From Ruminococcus sp. (GTDB lineage Bacteria > Bacillota > Clostridia > Oscillospirales > Acutalibacteraceae), in the NCBI GenBank assembly GCA_045535605.1, contig JAZSLX010000050.1:1-62610 (forward strand): a stretch of DNA of 62,610 nt, given 5' to 3'. The notes under the pieces were generated by a model. The model did no database searches. It saw only the letters and a program-made list of their open reading frames with translations, and was not told the origin of the DNA. Below are positions 19,254 to 29,942 of this stretch, one piece after another. A program made the translations under genes and the position numbers. The first letter of the stretch is position 1. Each line of letters opens with the position of its first letter.

Positions 19254-21890
19254 ATGGCAAAGGAACTGGCAAAGTCCTATAACCCCAAAGAGGTTGAGGA
19301 TAAGATATATGATTTCTGGATGAAGGGTGGCTTCTTCCGTGCGGAGGTAGACCGCAGCAAGAAGCCCTATACTATAGTTATGCCCCCGCCCAACATTACA
19401 GGTCAGCTTCATATCGGACATGCTCTGGATAATACTCTGCAGGATATCCTTATCCGTTACCGCAGAATGCAGGGCTATGCTGCCCTCTGGCTTCCCGGTA
19501 CTGACCACGCATCTATTGCAACTGAGGCAAAGATTGTTGAGGCTATGAAAAAGGAAGGCATCACCAAGGAAGATATCGGTCGAGAGGCTTTCCTTGAGCG
19601 TGCATGGGAGTGGAAGCGCGAGTACGGCGGACGTATCTGCGAACAGCTCAAGAAGCTTGGCTCCAGCTGTGACTGGTCAAGAGAGCGATTCACCATGGAC
19701 GAGGGTTGCTCCGACGCAGTTAAAGAGGTATTTGTACGCCTTTATGAAAAGGGCTTAATCTACAGAGGCGAGAGAATTATCAACTGGTGTCCCCACTGCT
19801 GTACTTCTATCTCTGATGCAGAGGTTGAGTTTGAGGAGCAGGATGGCTTCTTCTGGCATCTTCGCTATCCCCTTACTGACGGCTCAGGCTTTGTAGAGCT
19901 TGCTACTACCCGTCCTGAGACTCTCCTTGGCGATACTGCTATTGCAGTTAATCCTGATGATGAAAGATACAAAGACTTTGTTGGCAAGACAGTTACTCTC
20001 CCCATTGTAGGCAGAGAGATTCCTGTTGTTGCTGACAGCTATGTTGATATGGAGTTTGGTACAGGTGTTGTTAAGATTACTCCTGCACACGACCCCAACG
20101 ACTTTGAGGTAGGACTTCGTCACAACCTGCCCATTATCAATGTAATGGACGATACTGCTCACATGAACGAGAACGCAGGCGAGAAGTATCAGGGTATGGA
20201 CCGCTATGAGTGCCGCAAGGCTATCGTTAAGGACCTTGAAGAGGGCGGTTTCCTTGTAAAGGTTGAGCCTCATGCTCACAACGTTGGTACTTGCTATCGC
20301 TGCTCGACTACTGTTGAGCCCAGAGTTTCAATGCAGTGGTTTGTTAAGATGCAGCCTCTTGCCGAGCCTGCAATTGATTGCGTACGCAGTGGTAAAACCA
20401 AGTTCGTTCCCGAGCGATTTGAAAAGGTTTACTTCCACTGGATGGAGAATATCCGCGACTGGTGTATCTCCCGTCAGCTCTGGTGGGGTCACAGAATCCC
20501 TGCCTACTATTGTGCAGATTGCGGTGAGATGACAGTTTCCAAGGATAACGTAACAGTATGTCCCAAGTGCGGCGGCACACACATCCGTCAGGACGAGGAT
20601 ACTCTGGATACTTGGTTCAGCTCTGCTCTGTGGCCTTTCTCTACTCTGGGTTGGCCCCGAAAGACAGATGACCTTGACTTCTTCTATCCCACAAGCACAC
20701 TGGTAACAGGTTACGATATTATCTTCTTCTGGGTAGCCAGAATGATTTTCAGCGGTATGGAGAATATGGGCGCACAGCCTTTCGATACCGTATTTATCCA
20801 CGGCATTATCCGTGATGAGCTGGGCAGAAAGATGAGTAAGTCTCTGGGCAACGGCGTTGACCCTCTGCTTCTCATTGACCAGTACGGCGCAGACGCACTG
20901 AGATTCTTCCTTGCTACAGGTAACTCACCCGGAAACGATATGAGATTCAGCGACAAGCGAGTTGAGTCCTGCCGTAACTTTGCAAATAAGCTTTACAACG
21001 CAAGTCGTTTTGTTCATATGAACATTGACGACCACGATGTTCCTTGTGAGCTTCCCAAGACTCTCACAACTGAGGACAAGTGGATTATTTCACGAGTTAA
21101 TACAGTTGCAAAAGAGGTTGCAGATAACCTTGATAAGTTTGAGCTTGGTATTGCTGTACAGAAGCTTTATGACTTCATCTGGGACTGCTACTGCGACTGG
21201 TACATTGAGCTTACAAAGTCCAGACTCCGTGAGGAGGGCGAGACCGCTCAGAATGCACGTCAGGTGCTTGTTTGGGTGCTTGAGAGAACACTCAGACTCC
21301 TCCATCCCTTTATGCCCTTTATCACTGAGGAAATCTGGCAGACTCTGCCTCATCCTGCAGATGCACACGATGAGACAATTATGCTCTGTGAGTATCCTGA
21401 GTTTGAGGATGCACTCCACTTCCCCCGTGAAGTTCTGACAACTCAGAAGATTATGGAGGCTATCACTGCTATCCGTACAAGACGTAACGAGATGAACGTT
21501 CCTCCCTCAAAGAAGGCAAAGGTTTACATTGCTACTGAGAACAAGGAGACCTACGAGTTAGGTGCAAAGTTCATTGTTTCTCTGGCAAGTGCTACAGAGG
21601 TTGAGATTGACAGCGAGTTTGACCTTGAAGGTGCAGTTACAATCGTTGTATCCGACGCAAAAATCTACATCCCCATGAACGAGCTTGTAGACAAGGAAGC
21701 AGAGCTTGCAAGACTCAACAAAGAGCTTGCTCAGGTTGAAAAGCTTCTTGCTCAGGACGAGGGGAAGCTCCAGAATGCAGGCTTTATGGCAAAGGCTCCC
21801 GAGGCTGTTGTAGAGAAAATCAAGGGCCAGGCTCAGCGCGAGCGTGAGAAGATTGCCCTTATCAAGGCAGCAATCGACGCCCTGCAGTAA
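19254..21890 (+). CDS. valS: Valine--tRNA ligase
   Basis: [34 protein letters not shown]-terminal coiled coil. Confidence 0.97.
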   Translation: MAKELAKSYNPKEVEDKIYDFWMKGGFFRAEVDRSKKPYTIVMPPPNITGQLHIGHALDNTLQDILIRYRRMQGYAALWLPGTDHASIATEAKIVEAMKKEGITKEDIGREAFLERAWEWKREYGGRICEQLKKLGSSCDWSRERFTMDEGCSDAVKEVFVRLYEKGLIYRGERIINWCPHCCTSISDAEVEFEEQDGFFWHLRYPLTDGSGFVELATTRPETLLGDTAIAVNPDDERYKDFVGKTVTLPIVGREIPVVADSYVDMEFGTGVVKITPAHDPNDFEVGLRHNLPIINVMDDTAHMNENAGEKYQGMDRYECRKAIVKDLEEGGFLVKVEPHAHNVGTCYRCSTTVEPRVSMQWFVKMQPLAEPAIDCVRSGKTKFVPERFEKVYFHWMENIRDWCISRQLWWGHRIPAYYCADCGEMTVSKDNVTVCPKCGGTHIRQDEDTLDTWFSSALWPFSTLGWPRKTDDLDFFYPTSTLVTGYDIIFFWVARMIFSGMENMGAQPFDTVFIHGIIRDELGRKMSKSLGNGVDPLLLIDQYGADALRFFLATGNSPGNDMRFSDKRVESCRNFANKLYNASRFVHMNIDDHDVPCELPKTLTTEDKWIISRVNTVAKEVADNLDKFELGIAVQKLYDFIWDCYCDWYIELTKSRLREEGETAQNARQVLVWVLERTLRLLHPFMPFITEEIWQTLPHPADAHDETIMLCEYPEFEDALHFPREVLTTQKIMEAITAIRTRRNEMNVPPSKKAKVYIATENKETYELGAKFIVSLASATEVEIDSEFDLEGAVTIVVSDAKIYIPMNELVDKEAELARLNKELAQVEKLLAQDEGKLQNAGFMAKAPEAVVEKIKGQAQREREKIALIKAAIDALQ

Positions 21891-21916
21891 TTCTATATTG
21901 AATCAATAAAAATTAT

Positions 21917-21951
21917 CCCCTGAGTAGTGTGAAAATACTCAGGGGATTTTT
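21917..21951. terminator. Bidirectional terminator valS/nth
   Basis: ATCCCCTGAGTA...TACTCAGGGGAT hairpin. Confidence 0.8.
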
Positions 21952-21962
21952 GTGTTTGCTTG

Positions 21963-22589
21963 TCAGAATTTCTTTTTACAGAAGGAGTTCATACAGCACT
22001 CATCGCACTTAGGTTTTGGGGCTTTGCACGTCACTCTGCCGTGAAGAACCAGCCTGTGGCAGAAGTCATTGCTTTCCTCGGGGGGCAAGAGGTCTCTCAG
22101 TATCTTCTCTATCTTGGTTGCGTCCTTTTCCTCGTGGAGGCCAAGCCTGCGTGTTATGCGGATGCAGTGGGTGTCTACCACAACCGCAGGCTTGCCGTAT
22201 ATGTCGCCAACAATCAGGTTGGCGGTTTTTCTGCCTATGCCCTGAAGCGTGGTGAGCTCCTCAATAGTATCAGGCACCTTGCCATCAAAATCATTTACAA
22301 TGGTTTTTGAAAACTCAACCAGATCCTGAGATTTTGTGCGGTAGAATCCGCAACTATGGATAAGCTCTGCAACCTCCTGCACGTCTGCCTGTGCCATACT
22401 CTGTGCATCTGGGAAGCGTGCAAAAAGGGCAGGGGTCACAAGGTTTACCCTTGCGTCTGTGCACTGTGCCGCAAGTCTTGTGGCAACTAAAAGCTGCCAT
22501 GGGTCCCTGTAATCAAGGGAGCAAATTGCATCGGGGTATTCTTTTTTCAGCGCCTCAACGGCATTTATTGCGATATCTTTCTTGTTCAT
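21963..22589 (-). CDS. nth: Endonuclease III
   Basis: HhH LQGIGRKTAN, VDTH, C-terminal CKAPKPKCDECCMNSFC. Confidence 0.95.
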   Translation of the reverse strand: MNKKDIAINAVEALKKEYPDAICSLDYRDPWQLLVATRLAAQCTDARVNLVTPALFARFPDAQSMAQADVQEVAELIHSCGFYRTKSQDLVEFSKTIVNDFDGKVPDTIEELTTLQGIGRKTANLIVGDIYGKPAVVVDTHCIRITRRLGLHEEKDATKIEKILRDLLPPEESNDFCHRLVLHGRVTCKAPKPKCDECCMNSFCKKKF

Positions 22590-22744
22590 ATATACATTCC
22601 TTTCATGTAAAGAATATAAAACGCAAAAAACGGTTGCAAAAAATTATGATGTTCTTAAAAATTATCATAAATTGTCAAAAAAGACTTTATTTCTCAAAAA
22701 GAGTGTGGTATAATTCTGTCATAAAATACAGGGGAAGTGGTTTT

Positions 22745-23473
22745 GTGTTCAAAAACTATATCTTTGATTTGTACGGCACCCTTATTGATATCCGCACAGA
22801 TGAAGAGTCAAAGGAGCTTTGGGACAAGATGGTGCTTTTTTACGGATACCGTGGAGCACATTATACATCCTATGAGCTGAGATGTAAGTACAAGGAACTC
22901 TGTGCTATGGAAAAGACAGAGGTCAAAAAGGCTAATCCCACTCATAAGCACGTGGATATTGACCTGACAAAGGTTTTTATGACCTTGTATGAATTCAAGA
23001 AGGTTACAGTTACCAGAGAGATAGCAGCCCTTACTGCCAACGTTTTCCGTTGTTACTCAACAGAGTTTATCCGCCTTTATAAGGGTGTGCCTGAGTTTTT
23101 ACAAGCTCTGAAAGCAAAGGGCAAGAAGGTATTTCTCCTTTCCAATGCTCAGCACGACTTCACTGTTCCTGAGATTAAAATGCTTGGACTTGATAAGTAC
23201 TTTGACGATATAGTTATCAGCTCCGACGTTGCATGCAAAAAACCCGACCCTCATATGTTTGAGATTCTTTTCAAACGCCATAAGCTGAAGAAAAACGAAA
23301 CCATTATGATCGGCAATGATTTTCTGGCAGATATCAAGAGCTCCTACAACTTCGGTCTGCAGAGCCTTTATATTCATCAGGAAATCTCCTCACCCATTAC
23401 CGAGAAGCTCAAGAGTACATGGTCCATTATGGACGGAGACTTCACAAAGGTTATGCCCTTGGTGCTCAAGTGA
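22745..23473 (+). CDS. HAD-superfamily hydrolase
   Basis: FDLYGTL, LSNA, KKPDP, MIGND; GTG start at 22745. Confidence 0.9.
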   Translation: MFKNYIFDLYGTLIDIRTDEESKELWDKMVLFYGYRGAHYTSYELRCKYKELCAMEKTEVKKANPTHKHVDIDLTKVFMTLYEFKKVTVTREIAALTANVFRCYSTEFIRLYKGVPEFLQALKAKGKKVFLLSNAQHDFTVPEIKMLGLDKYFDDIVISSDVACKKPDPHMFEILFKRHKLKKNETIMIGNDFLADIKSSYNFGLQSLYIHQEISSPITEKLKSTWSIMDGDFTKVMPLVLK

Positions 23474-23909
23474 TTTTCAAATACAGATTTTCAAGACACA
23501 GTGTTCTATGCGCTGTGTCTTTTTTTGCTTAGCTTCAATGGCAGGGTGAACAGAGTATCCTATGCCCTTTAAGCATATGATACCACAAAGTATGAGGCTT
23601 TTCAATATTCCATGAGAGTAAGCCGGAAAGTTTGAAATATGTGCTCATAAACCGCATAAATACTGGGAATTCTACTGTGAGTAGAGTCGATATATTTGTG
23701 GTTTACACGACGTTTTTAATCGGAGAGTCGCATTTTCGCAAGTTCCGTTGACTTGTCAACAACCTGTGGGTATAATGATAGCATTGGAAATAGACGGCAG
23801 TACATAAGCTTGCTTTTAGCTTTTGTAAGAAGGACGTCTGTTTGATTTAAGCTTCTTTAGACAAAGAAATACTATAATCAATCAAAGTAAAATAAACGGA
23901 GGTTTTACT

Positions 23910-24800
23910 ATGGCTTACAACTATATTCTCAGCTGTTGCTCTTACACAGACTTTTCAGCACAGAAGATGAAGGACCTTGACATCAAGTACATCTGCACTC
24001 CCTATATGATGGACGGCAAAACCTACATTGACGATTTGGGAGAGACCACCTCTTATGAGGAGTTTTACAAGGCAATGGAAAACGGTGCCGTTACAAACAC
24101 CTATCAGCTTAACCAGAACGACTTTGCTGATTATTTCAGAGAGCTTCTTGCTACCGGTCAGGATATTATCCACGTGAGCCTTTCCTCAGGTCTTTCAGGT
24201 GTTTCAAACTCTGCACGTCTTGCTATTGAGGCAATGAAGAAGGAGTTCCCCGAGAGAACAATCTACCTTGTAGACTCCCTTGCTGCTGCTGCAGGTCTGG
24301 GACTTCTGATGGAAACTGCTTCCAACCTTCGTGCGGGCGGCATGGGTATTGAGGAGCTTTACAACTGGCTTGAAAACAACAAGCTGAAGCTTCACCACTG
24401 GTTCTTTACATCTGATCTTACCTATTTTGTACGCGGCGGCAGAGTTTCCAAGACCAGCGGTTTTATCGGCGGTGTACTGGGTATCTGTCCTCTTCTGAAT
24501 GTAAGCAACGAGGGTAAGCTGATTCCCCGTGCAAAGGTAAGAGGTAAGAAGAAGGTATTTGTAGAAATCGTTGAGCGTATGAAAAAGCACGCAGAGGGCG
24601 GCACTCAGTACAATGGCAAGTGCTTTATGTGTAACTCCGCCTGTGAGGATGACGCAAAAGAGGTTGCAGCTCTGATTGAAGAGAGCTTCCCCAACCTTGA
24701 CGGCAAGGTGCAGATTTTCACAATCGGTACTACTATCGGAAGCCACACAGGCCCAGGTACGGTTGCAGTATTCTTCTGGGGCGACGAGCGCGTAGACTAA
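23910..24800 (+). CDS. DegV family fatty-acid-binding protein
   Basis: SLSSGLSG, DSLAAAAGLG, GGRVSK, IGSHTGPG. Confidence 0.92.
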   Translation: MAYNYILSCCSYTDFSAQKMKDLDIKYICTPYMMDGKTYIDDLGETTSYEEFYKAMENGAVTNTYQLNQNDFADYFRELLATGQDIIHVSLSSGLSGVSNSARLAIEAMKKEFPERTIYLVDSLAAAAGLGLLMETASNLRAGGMGIEELYNWLENNKLKLHHWFFTSDLTYFVRGGRVSKTSGFIGGVLGICPLLNVSNEGKLIPRAKVRGKKKVFVEIVERMKKHAEGGTQYNGKCFMCNSACEDDAKEVAALIEESFPNLDGKVQIFTIGTTIGSHTGPGTVAVFFWGDERVD

Positions 24801-25043
24801 AATTTATCAGATTTTTCTAAAAAAGAGAAACTCCATATACGGGGCACCGCAGTTGATTTTTTCAGTTGCGGTGCCTTTTTGTTTGGCATTTAGTAACGGA
24901 AATATATCAAATAAGAGGGAAAATAATGATAATTCTGTAAATTGACTAAGGAGCGGGAATCATATATTATATATGTATAATGAGGTAAAAGGCGGCTTTT
25001 TTAGCCTTGGTGCCCCTTTTTCAGTATGAGAGGAGGAAAATTC

Positions 25044-26435
25044 TTGGTATTTTCCAGTCTGACCTTCTGGTTCTTCTACCTGCCCTGTGTGCTGGCTATT
25101 TATTACGCAGTACCTAAAAAGGCAAGGAACATAGCTCTCTTTGTGGTGAGCCTTGCTTTTTACGGCTGGGGAGAGCCGGTGTATATTCTTCTGATGCTTT
25201 TCACCATACTTGTAAACTACGTTGCAGGTATGCTTATAGAAAAAGCCTCGGGCAATCAGCCAAAACGCAGGCTGTGGCTGATACTTTCCATTGTTATCAA
25301 TTTAGGACTTCTTGTGTTCTTCAAGTATTCGGGAATGATTGTGAATACTCTCAATCTTCTGCCTTTTGTGAATATCGTCTTTGAAGCTCCTGCACTTCCT
25401 ATCGGTATCAGCTTCTATACCTTCCAGGCTATGTCCTATACAATAGATGTATACAAGGAAGATACCGCAACTCAGCGCAACCCCTTGATTTTAGGCACTT
25501 ATGTTACTCTTTTCCCTCAGCTTATTGCAGGCCCCATTGTCCGCTATAAGGACGTTGAGGACCAGCTGACGGGCAGAAAAGAGAATGTATCTCAGTTTGC
25601 AAACGGCGTTGTTCTGTTTTTAGTAGGCCTTTCCAAGAAAGTCCTCCTTGCAAACCAATTTGCGGCAATGTGGGACAACTTAGGGGGAGCGGATGCTCAG
25701 GGACTCCTTGCACGCTGGGGCGGACTTGTCGCCCTTACACTGCAGATTTACTTTGACTTCTCAGGCTACAGCGATATGGCACGAGGTCTTGGCAAGATGC
25801 TGGGCTTTGAGTTTATGGAGAACTTCAACTTCCCCTATATCTCCAAGTCTATTACAGAGTTCTGGAGACGCTGGCACATTTCCCTTTCCACTTGGTTCAG
25901 AGATTACCTGTATATTCCCTTGGGCGGAAACCGCAAGGGTTTCCTGCGCCAGATACTCAACCTGTTCATAGTATGGGCTATGACAGGTCTGTGGCATGGT
26001 GCGGCATACAACTTCCTCTTATGGGGACTTTATTTCTTTGTGCTTCTTGTTATTGAGAAGCTATTCCTCGGAAAGCTTCTTCAGAAGCTCCCTGCTTTTG
26101 TAGGTCATATTTACGCACTGTTCTTTATTATGATTGGTTGGGCTATCTTCAACTTTGAGGATGTTACTGCCCTGTGGACTTACATCTGCGGACTCTTTAC
26201 AGCTTATGACGGAATGTTTACATCACAGTCAGGTTCAGTGCTCTTAAGCTACCTGCCCGTTGTAGTTGCAGGTGCAGTGCTGAGCACACCTGTGCTGAGA
26301 ATTACGCACCGCAAGCTTAAGGATAAGAAGTTCTATCCTGTGGTGCTGGGTATGTGCTGTGTAATTACAATGGTGCTGTGCACAGCATCCCTTGTAAGCG
26401 ACAGCTACAATCCCTTTATATATTTCAGATTCTAA
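25044..26435 (+). CDS. MBOAT family O-acyltransferase (AlgI/DltB-like)
   Basis: LPIGISFYTFQ, YFDFSGYSDMA, FWRRWHISLS, GLWHGA; TTG start after AGGAGG. Confidence 0.93.
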   Translation: MVFSSLTFWFFYLPCVLAIYYAVPKKARNIALFVVSLAFYGWGEPVYILLMLFTILVNYVAGMLIEKASGNQPKRRLWLILSIVINLGLLVFFKYSGMIVNTLNLLPFVNIVFEAPALPIGISFYTFQAMSYTIDVYKEDTATQRNPLILGTYVTLFPQLIAGPIVRYKDVEDQLTGRKENVSQFANGVVLFLVGLSKKVLLANQFAAMWDNLGGADAQGLLARWGGLVALTLQIYFDFSGYSDMARGLGKMLGFEFMENFNFPYISKSITEFWRRWHISLSTWFRDYLYIPLGGNRKGFLRQILNLFIVWAMTGLWHGAAYNFLLWGLYFFVLLVIEKLFLGKLLQKLPAFVGHIYALFFIMIGWAIFNFEDVTALWTYICGLFTAYDGMFTSQSGSVLLSYLPVVVAGAVLSTPVLRITHRKLKDKKFYPVVLGMCCVITMVLCTASLVSDSYNPFIYFRF

Positions 26436-26450
26436 GGGGAGGTAAGTGAA

Positions 26451-27599
26451 ATGAAAAATAAAAAAGCACAGATAGCAATTATTGCGATTTTCCTTGCCTT
26501 TACTGTAGGTTTTTTCACGCTTTTCCTTGCACTTCCAAAGGCAGAGTACAGCTCTTCGGAGAAAAGATACCTTGCAAAAGCTCCTGAAGTTTCTTTTGAA
26601 AGCTTCTTTAAGGGTGAGCTTACCAATGCACTGGAGGGTGGCGAGAACGGAGGGTATATTCCTGACCATTTCCCTTTCCGTACCTTCTTTGTGGGCGTGA
26701 GCGCATACTGGAATTTGCTCACAGGTACAACCGCCTCCAATGGTTACTACTACGGTGATGATGGTTATATCATCACAAAGCCTGCGGACTCAAATAGAGC
26801 GGAGAAAAACCTGGAGCTTATTAACCGCTTCAGTGCAACACTTGACGAGGTCGGACTTATGGTTGTACCCTCTGCAGGATATATGCTGGACTCAAAGCTC
26901 CCAAAGGTACACGCAGATTATCCTGACGAGCAGGTGTATGCTTATATAAATGCAAACAAGGCTGATAACATCAGGTTTTATAATTTAACTGAGGATTTTG
27001 GCGACCACGTGGTAAGCGATGAACAGATTTTCTACAAAACCGACCACCACTGGACAAGTCTGGGTGCATACACTGCCTACGGCAGATTTTGTGCAGATAA
27101 TGGACTTGAGCCTGCAGTACGAGAGGCTTTCACAGTCACCACCTATGATAACTTCTACGGCACTACCTATTCCTCCAGCGGATATTTTTTAAATGACCCT
27201 GATACTCTGGAGGTTTGGGAGAATAAGGAGCTTGCAGACAGCATAAAGGTTACTATCACCGAGGGTGCTGAGAGCAACAGCTTTGACAGTATGTACTTTG
27301 AGGAGCACCTGAGTGAGGACGATATGTACCCTGTGTTCCTTGACGGCAACCACGCACTGGTGACTATTGAAAACTCAAAGGCAAAGACTGATGATACTAT
27401 CCTTATTATCAAGGACAGCTTTGCCCACTGTGCGGCGCCCTTCTTTGCAGAAAATTACAGTAAGGTTATCATGGTGGATTTAAGATATTACAAACTTCCT
27501 GTAACAGATATTGTAGAAAGTGAAAGTGTAGACGAGGTGCTGTTCCTCTACGGAATGAATAATTTCTGCACCGACACAAACCTTGCGTATTTAGGTTAA
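26451..27599 (+). CDS. DHHW family (AlgJ/AlgX-like) protein
   Basis: YKTDHHWT, IKDSFA, VDLRYY; N-terminal TM. Confidence 0.88.
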   Translation: MKNKKAQIAIIAIFLAFTVGFFTLFLALPKAEYSSSEKRYLAKAPEVSFESFFKGELTNALEGGENGGYIPDHFPFRTFFVGVSAYWNLLTGTTASNGYYYGDDGYIITKPADSNRAEKNLELINRFSATLDEVGLMVVPSAGYMLDSKLPKVHADYPDEQVYAYINANKADNIRFYNLTEDFGDHVVSDEQIFYKTDHHWTSLGAYTAYGRFCADNGLEPAVREAFTVTTYDNFYGTTYSSSGYFLNDPDTLEVWENKELADSIKVTITEGAESNSFDSMYFEEHLSEDDMYPVFLDGNHALVTIENSKAKTDDTILIIKDSFAHCAAPFFAENYSKVIMVDLRYYKLPVTDIVESESVDEVLFLYGMNNFCTDTNLAYLG

Positions 27600-27653
27600 A
27601 AATAAACAGGCACACAGTTTTAAAAAAGCTGTGTGCCTGTTGAGTTTTTTGTG

Positions 27654-28355
27654 CTATAAACCCTTGTGTTCTTTAAGGTATCTTCTTACCTTTTCGATAA
27701 CGCGTTTGTCGTTGTCGTAGGTACAGACGGTTTCTGCCTTGTCGAGGGATACCCATACATAGGAGTCGATTTCGCTCTCCTGAATTTTAATGTTGTCGCT
27801 CTTGGCAATTGCTAAGAAGAACACAACCCTCTTGCGGATTTTGCCGAAGGGGCAGTAGTCGCTTATCTCCCTAAAGCCGTCCAGTATCTCCACGTCAAGG
27901 TTTGTTTCCTCCTTGACCTCGCGGATTGCGGTTTCCTTCTCGTTTTCTCTCAGTTCAACGTGACCTTTTGGAAAACTGTAAAACCTTCCGTTGTGGTTTT
28001 TTACCAGCAGGATTTTTGTATCAGCGGTGGCTTTATCCTCATATAGGATAACTGCACCGCAGGATTTTTCGTAAAGACAACTGATTTTTTCAATCTTAAT
28101 CTGTCGCAGAACACTGAGTTTTTCCATAATCTCAGGCTCGTACATTATTTCATTTTTAGGTGCAACAACTACCCTTTGTGTGCCGTCAGACAGTGTCAGA
28201 ACAGCGGTGACAATGCCTGTGAGCGTGTCCTCTACAGGCTTTTTTGATATTATGTAGGCGTTTATCCCTGATATTCCCTTGCCTTGTGCATAGCCTGAGT
28301 ACAGGGTGGGGGACAGAGAGCCGTATATTGTTGCAGTTACGTCTGTTGCCAGCAT
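27654..28355 (-). CDS. NUDIX hydrolase (Ap4A-hydrolase-like) with extra N-terminal domain
   Basis: EKSCGAV; Nudix box GHVELRENEKETAIREVKEETNL. Confidence 0.85.
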   Translation of the reverse strand: MLATDVTATIYGSLSPTLYSGYAQGKGISGINAYIISKKPVEDTLTGIVTAVLTLSDGTQRVVVAPKNEIMYEPEIMEKLSVLRQIKIEKISCLYEKSCGAVILYEDKATADTKILLVKNHNGRFYSFPKGHVELRENEKETAIREVKEETNLDVEILDGFREISDYCPFGKIRKRVVFFLAIAKSDNIKIQESEIDSYVWVSLDKAETVCTYDNDKRVIEKVRRYLKEHKGL

Positions 28356-28392
28356 TTCTTAAAACCTCCTCGCATCGTACTTCTGAACCTTA

Positions 28393-29679
28393 TTAGCTCA
28401 GAGCACTGCTCATTGAGTTGACCTGCGAGGTGCTGTTCGCAGACATAGTGTTGTTCATAATTAACACTTCGTCAATGCCGTTTGTCTTGAGATAATCGTT
28501 GAGGTCACCGCTCCAGTATCTGAAGTCCAGCAGGTGTACCTCGTCATAATGGGCTGTAAGGAAAGGTGCAAAGGCGTTGCCGTAAGAGTCCTTTACAACT
28601 GCAATCTTCTTGCCTGTGTCGGCAGAGGAGCTGATAACAAACTGTGCTGTATCGCCCCAGCAGAATACGCCGTAGGTCAGTGTGCCTGAGGTGGCGGCAG
28701 GATAGTAAACATCACAGTAAATGGTGTCGCTTCCCATACGCTCTTTCATTTTTGCCTCTGTCTCTACAGGCAGGTCATAGTAAACTACTGTGTCTGCGTT
28801 GCTATAGAGCCCGCTGTTTCCTGTAAGTGTATAGAAGGAGCCTGTGAAGCCGTCAATAGAATTCTTCTTGAGTGCGTTTATGTCCATAGGCTCAAGACCT
28901 GTCTGCTCACAAAAAGCTGTGTAACCGTAGTATGCGCCAAGGCTTGTCCAGTGGTGGTCGGTGTTGTAGTAGATGTACTCTGAATTATGAGTTGCCAGTG
29001 CGTTGTAGCAGTTGATAGGTGTTACCCTGCTACCCAGATTTTTGTAGATTGTGCGGATGTTATCTGCCTGAGATACATTCTCCACACTCTTGCCGATACG
29101 TGTAGGCAGACCGAACTCTGTGTGGTTGGGAACTACCATGTTGTAAACGGTAATCTTTTTATCAAGACCTGCGGCAATCTTGTTCACAGCAGTAGCATAG
29201 TGTTTTGCAACCTTGTCTGTGCTAAAAAACAGATTGTAGCCTGTGTTCTTGTAAAGATACAGGGTGCTTGAGTAAAGTGTGCCGTCCTTGCCGTCGTCAG
29301 GGATTGTGGGTGTCACAAAGTCAAGGCTTGTTACAGGGGCAGGGGGAGCAGTTGTCACGGGTACTGTGGTAGGTGCTTCTGTGGGTGCCTGTGTTGTGAC
29401 AGGGGGTGCTGTGGTGGGGATTTCGTCAACTGTTGCTTCGTCGGGAGTAACCTCGTCCTTGGTTGCACCCCATCCTGCAGTCCAGTTCTTCACAGCAGGG
29501 ATCAGGAAGAAGTATGTACCTGCACCTATGCCTGCAATGAGCAGTACACACAGCGCAATGAGCAGACCTCGTTTGAGATACATCTTTGCCCTTCTTCTTT
29601 TCTTGTTTCTGGAGTACCTTTGGCTGGCGGCGAAGTTATCAACCATGCCGATAAAATACTCGTCCTTCTTTCTTCTCAT
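28393..29679 (-). CDS. DHHW family protein with TM anchor and Pro/Thr linker
   Basis: YNTDHHWT, VKDSYG, LDFRYW. Confidence 0.85.
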   Translation of the reverse strand: MRRKKDEYFIGMVDNFAASQRYSRNKKRRRAKMYLKRGLLIALCVLLIAGIGAGTYFFLIPAVKNWTAGWGATKDEVTPDEATVDEIPTTAPPVTTQAPTEAPTTVPVTTAPPAPVTSLDFVTPTIPDDGKDGTLYSSTLYLYKNTGYNLFFSTDKVAKHYATAVNKIAAGLDKKITVYNMVVPNHTEFGLPTRIGKSVENVSQADNIRTIYKNLGSRVTPINCYNALATHNSEYIYYNTDHHWTSLGAYYGYTAFCEQTGLEPMDINALKKNSIDGFTGSFYTLTGNSGLYSNADTVVYYDLPVETEAKMKERMGSDTIYCDVYYPAATSGTLTYGVFCWGDTAQFVISSSADTGKKIAVVKDSYGNAFAPFLTAHYDEVHLLDFRYWSGDLNDYLKTNGIDEVLIMNNTMSANSTSQVNSMSSALS

Positions 29680-29942
29680 TTTATCGCCTCCGAATGGGCG
29701 TCCTGGAATTTTTATACTCCAAGACAGATATTATTACATACTAAAGTATAATATACATATAAGTCAAACGCAACAAAAATAAAGAAATTGTGATTAAACT
29801 CCCGATAATTGTAATATTTTATGTAAAAAAGGTGTAAGTCCTGTTACATTATGGCAGAAATAAGCTCAAATTTATTGCACTGCAGAGTCAGTTGTGATAA
29901 AATAACTTTGTATACACCTATTTTAAAGAAAGCGTGATATAA

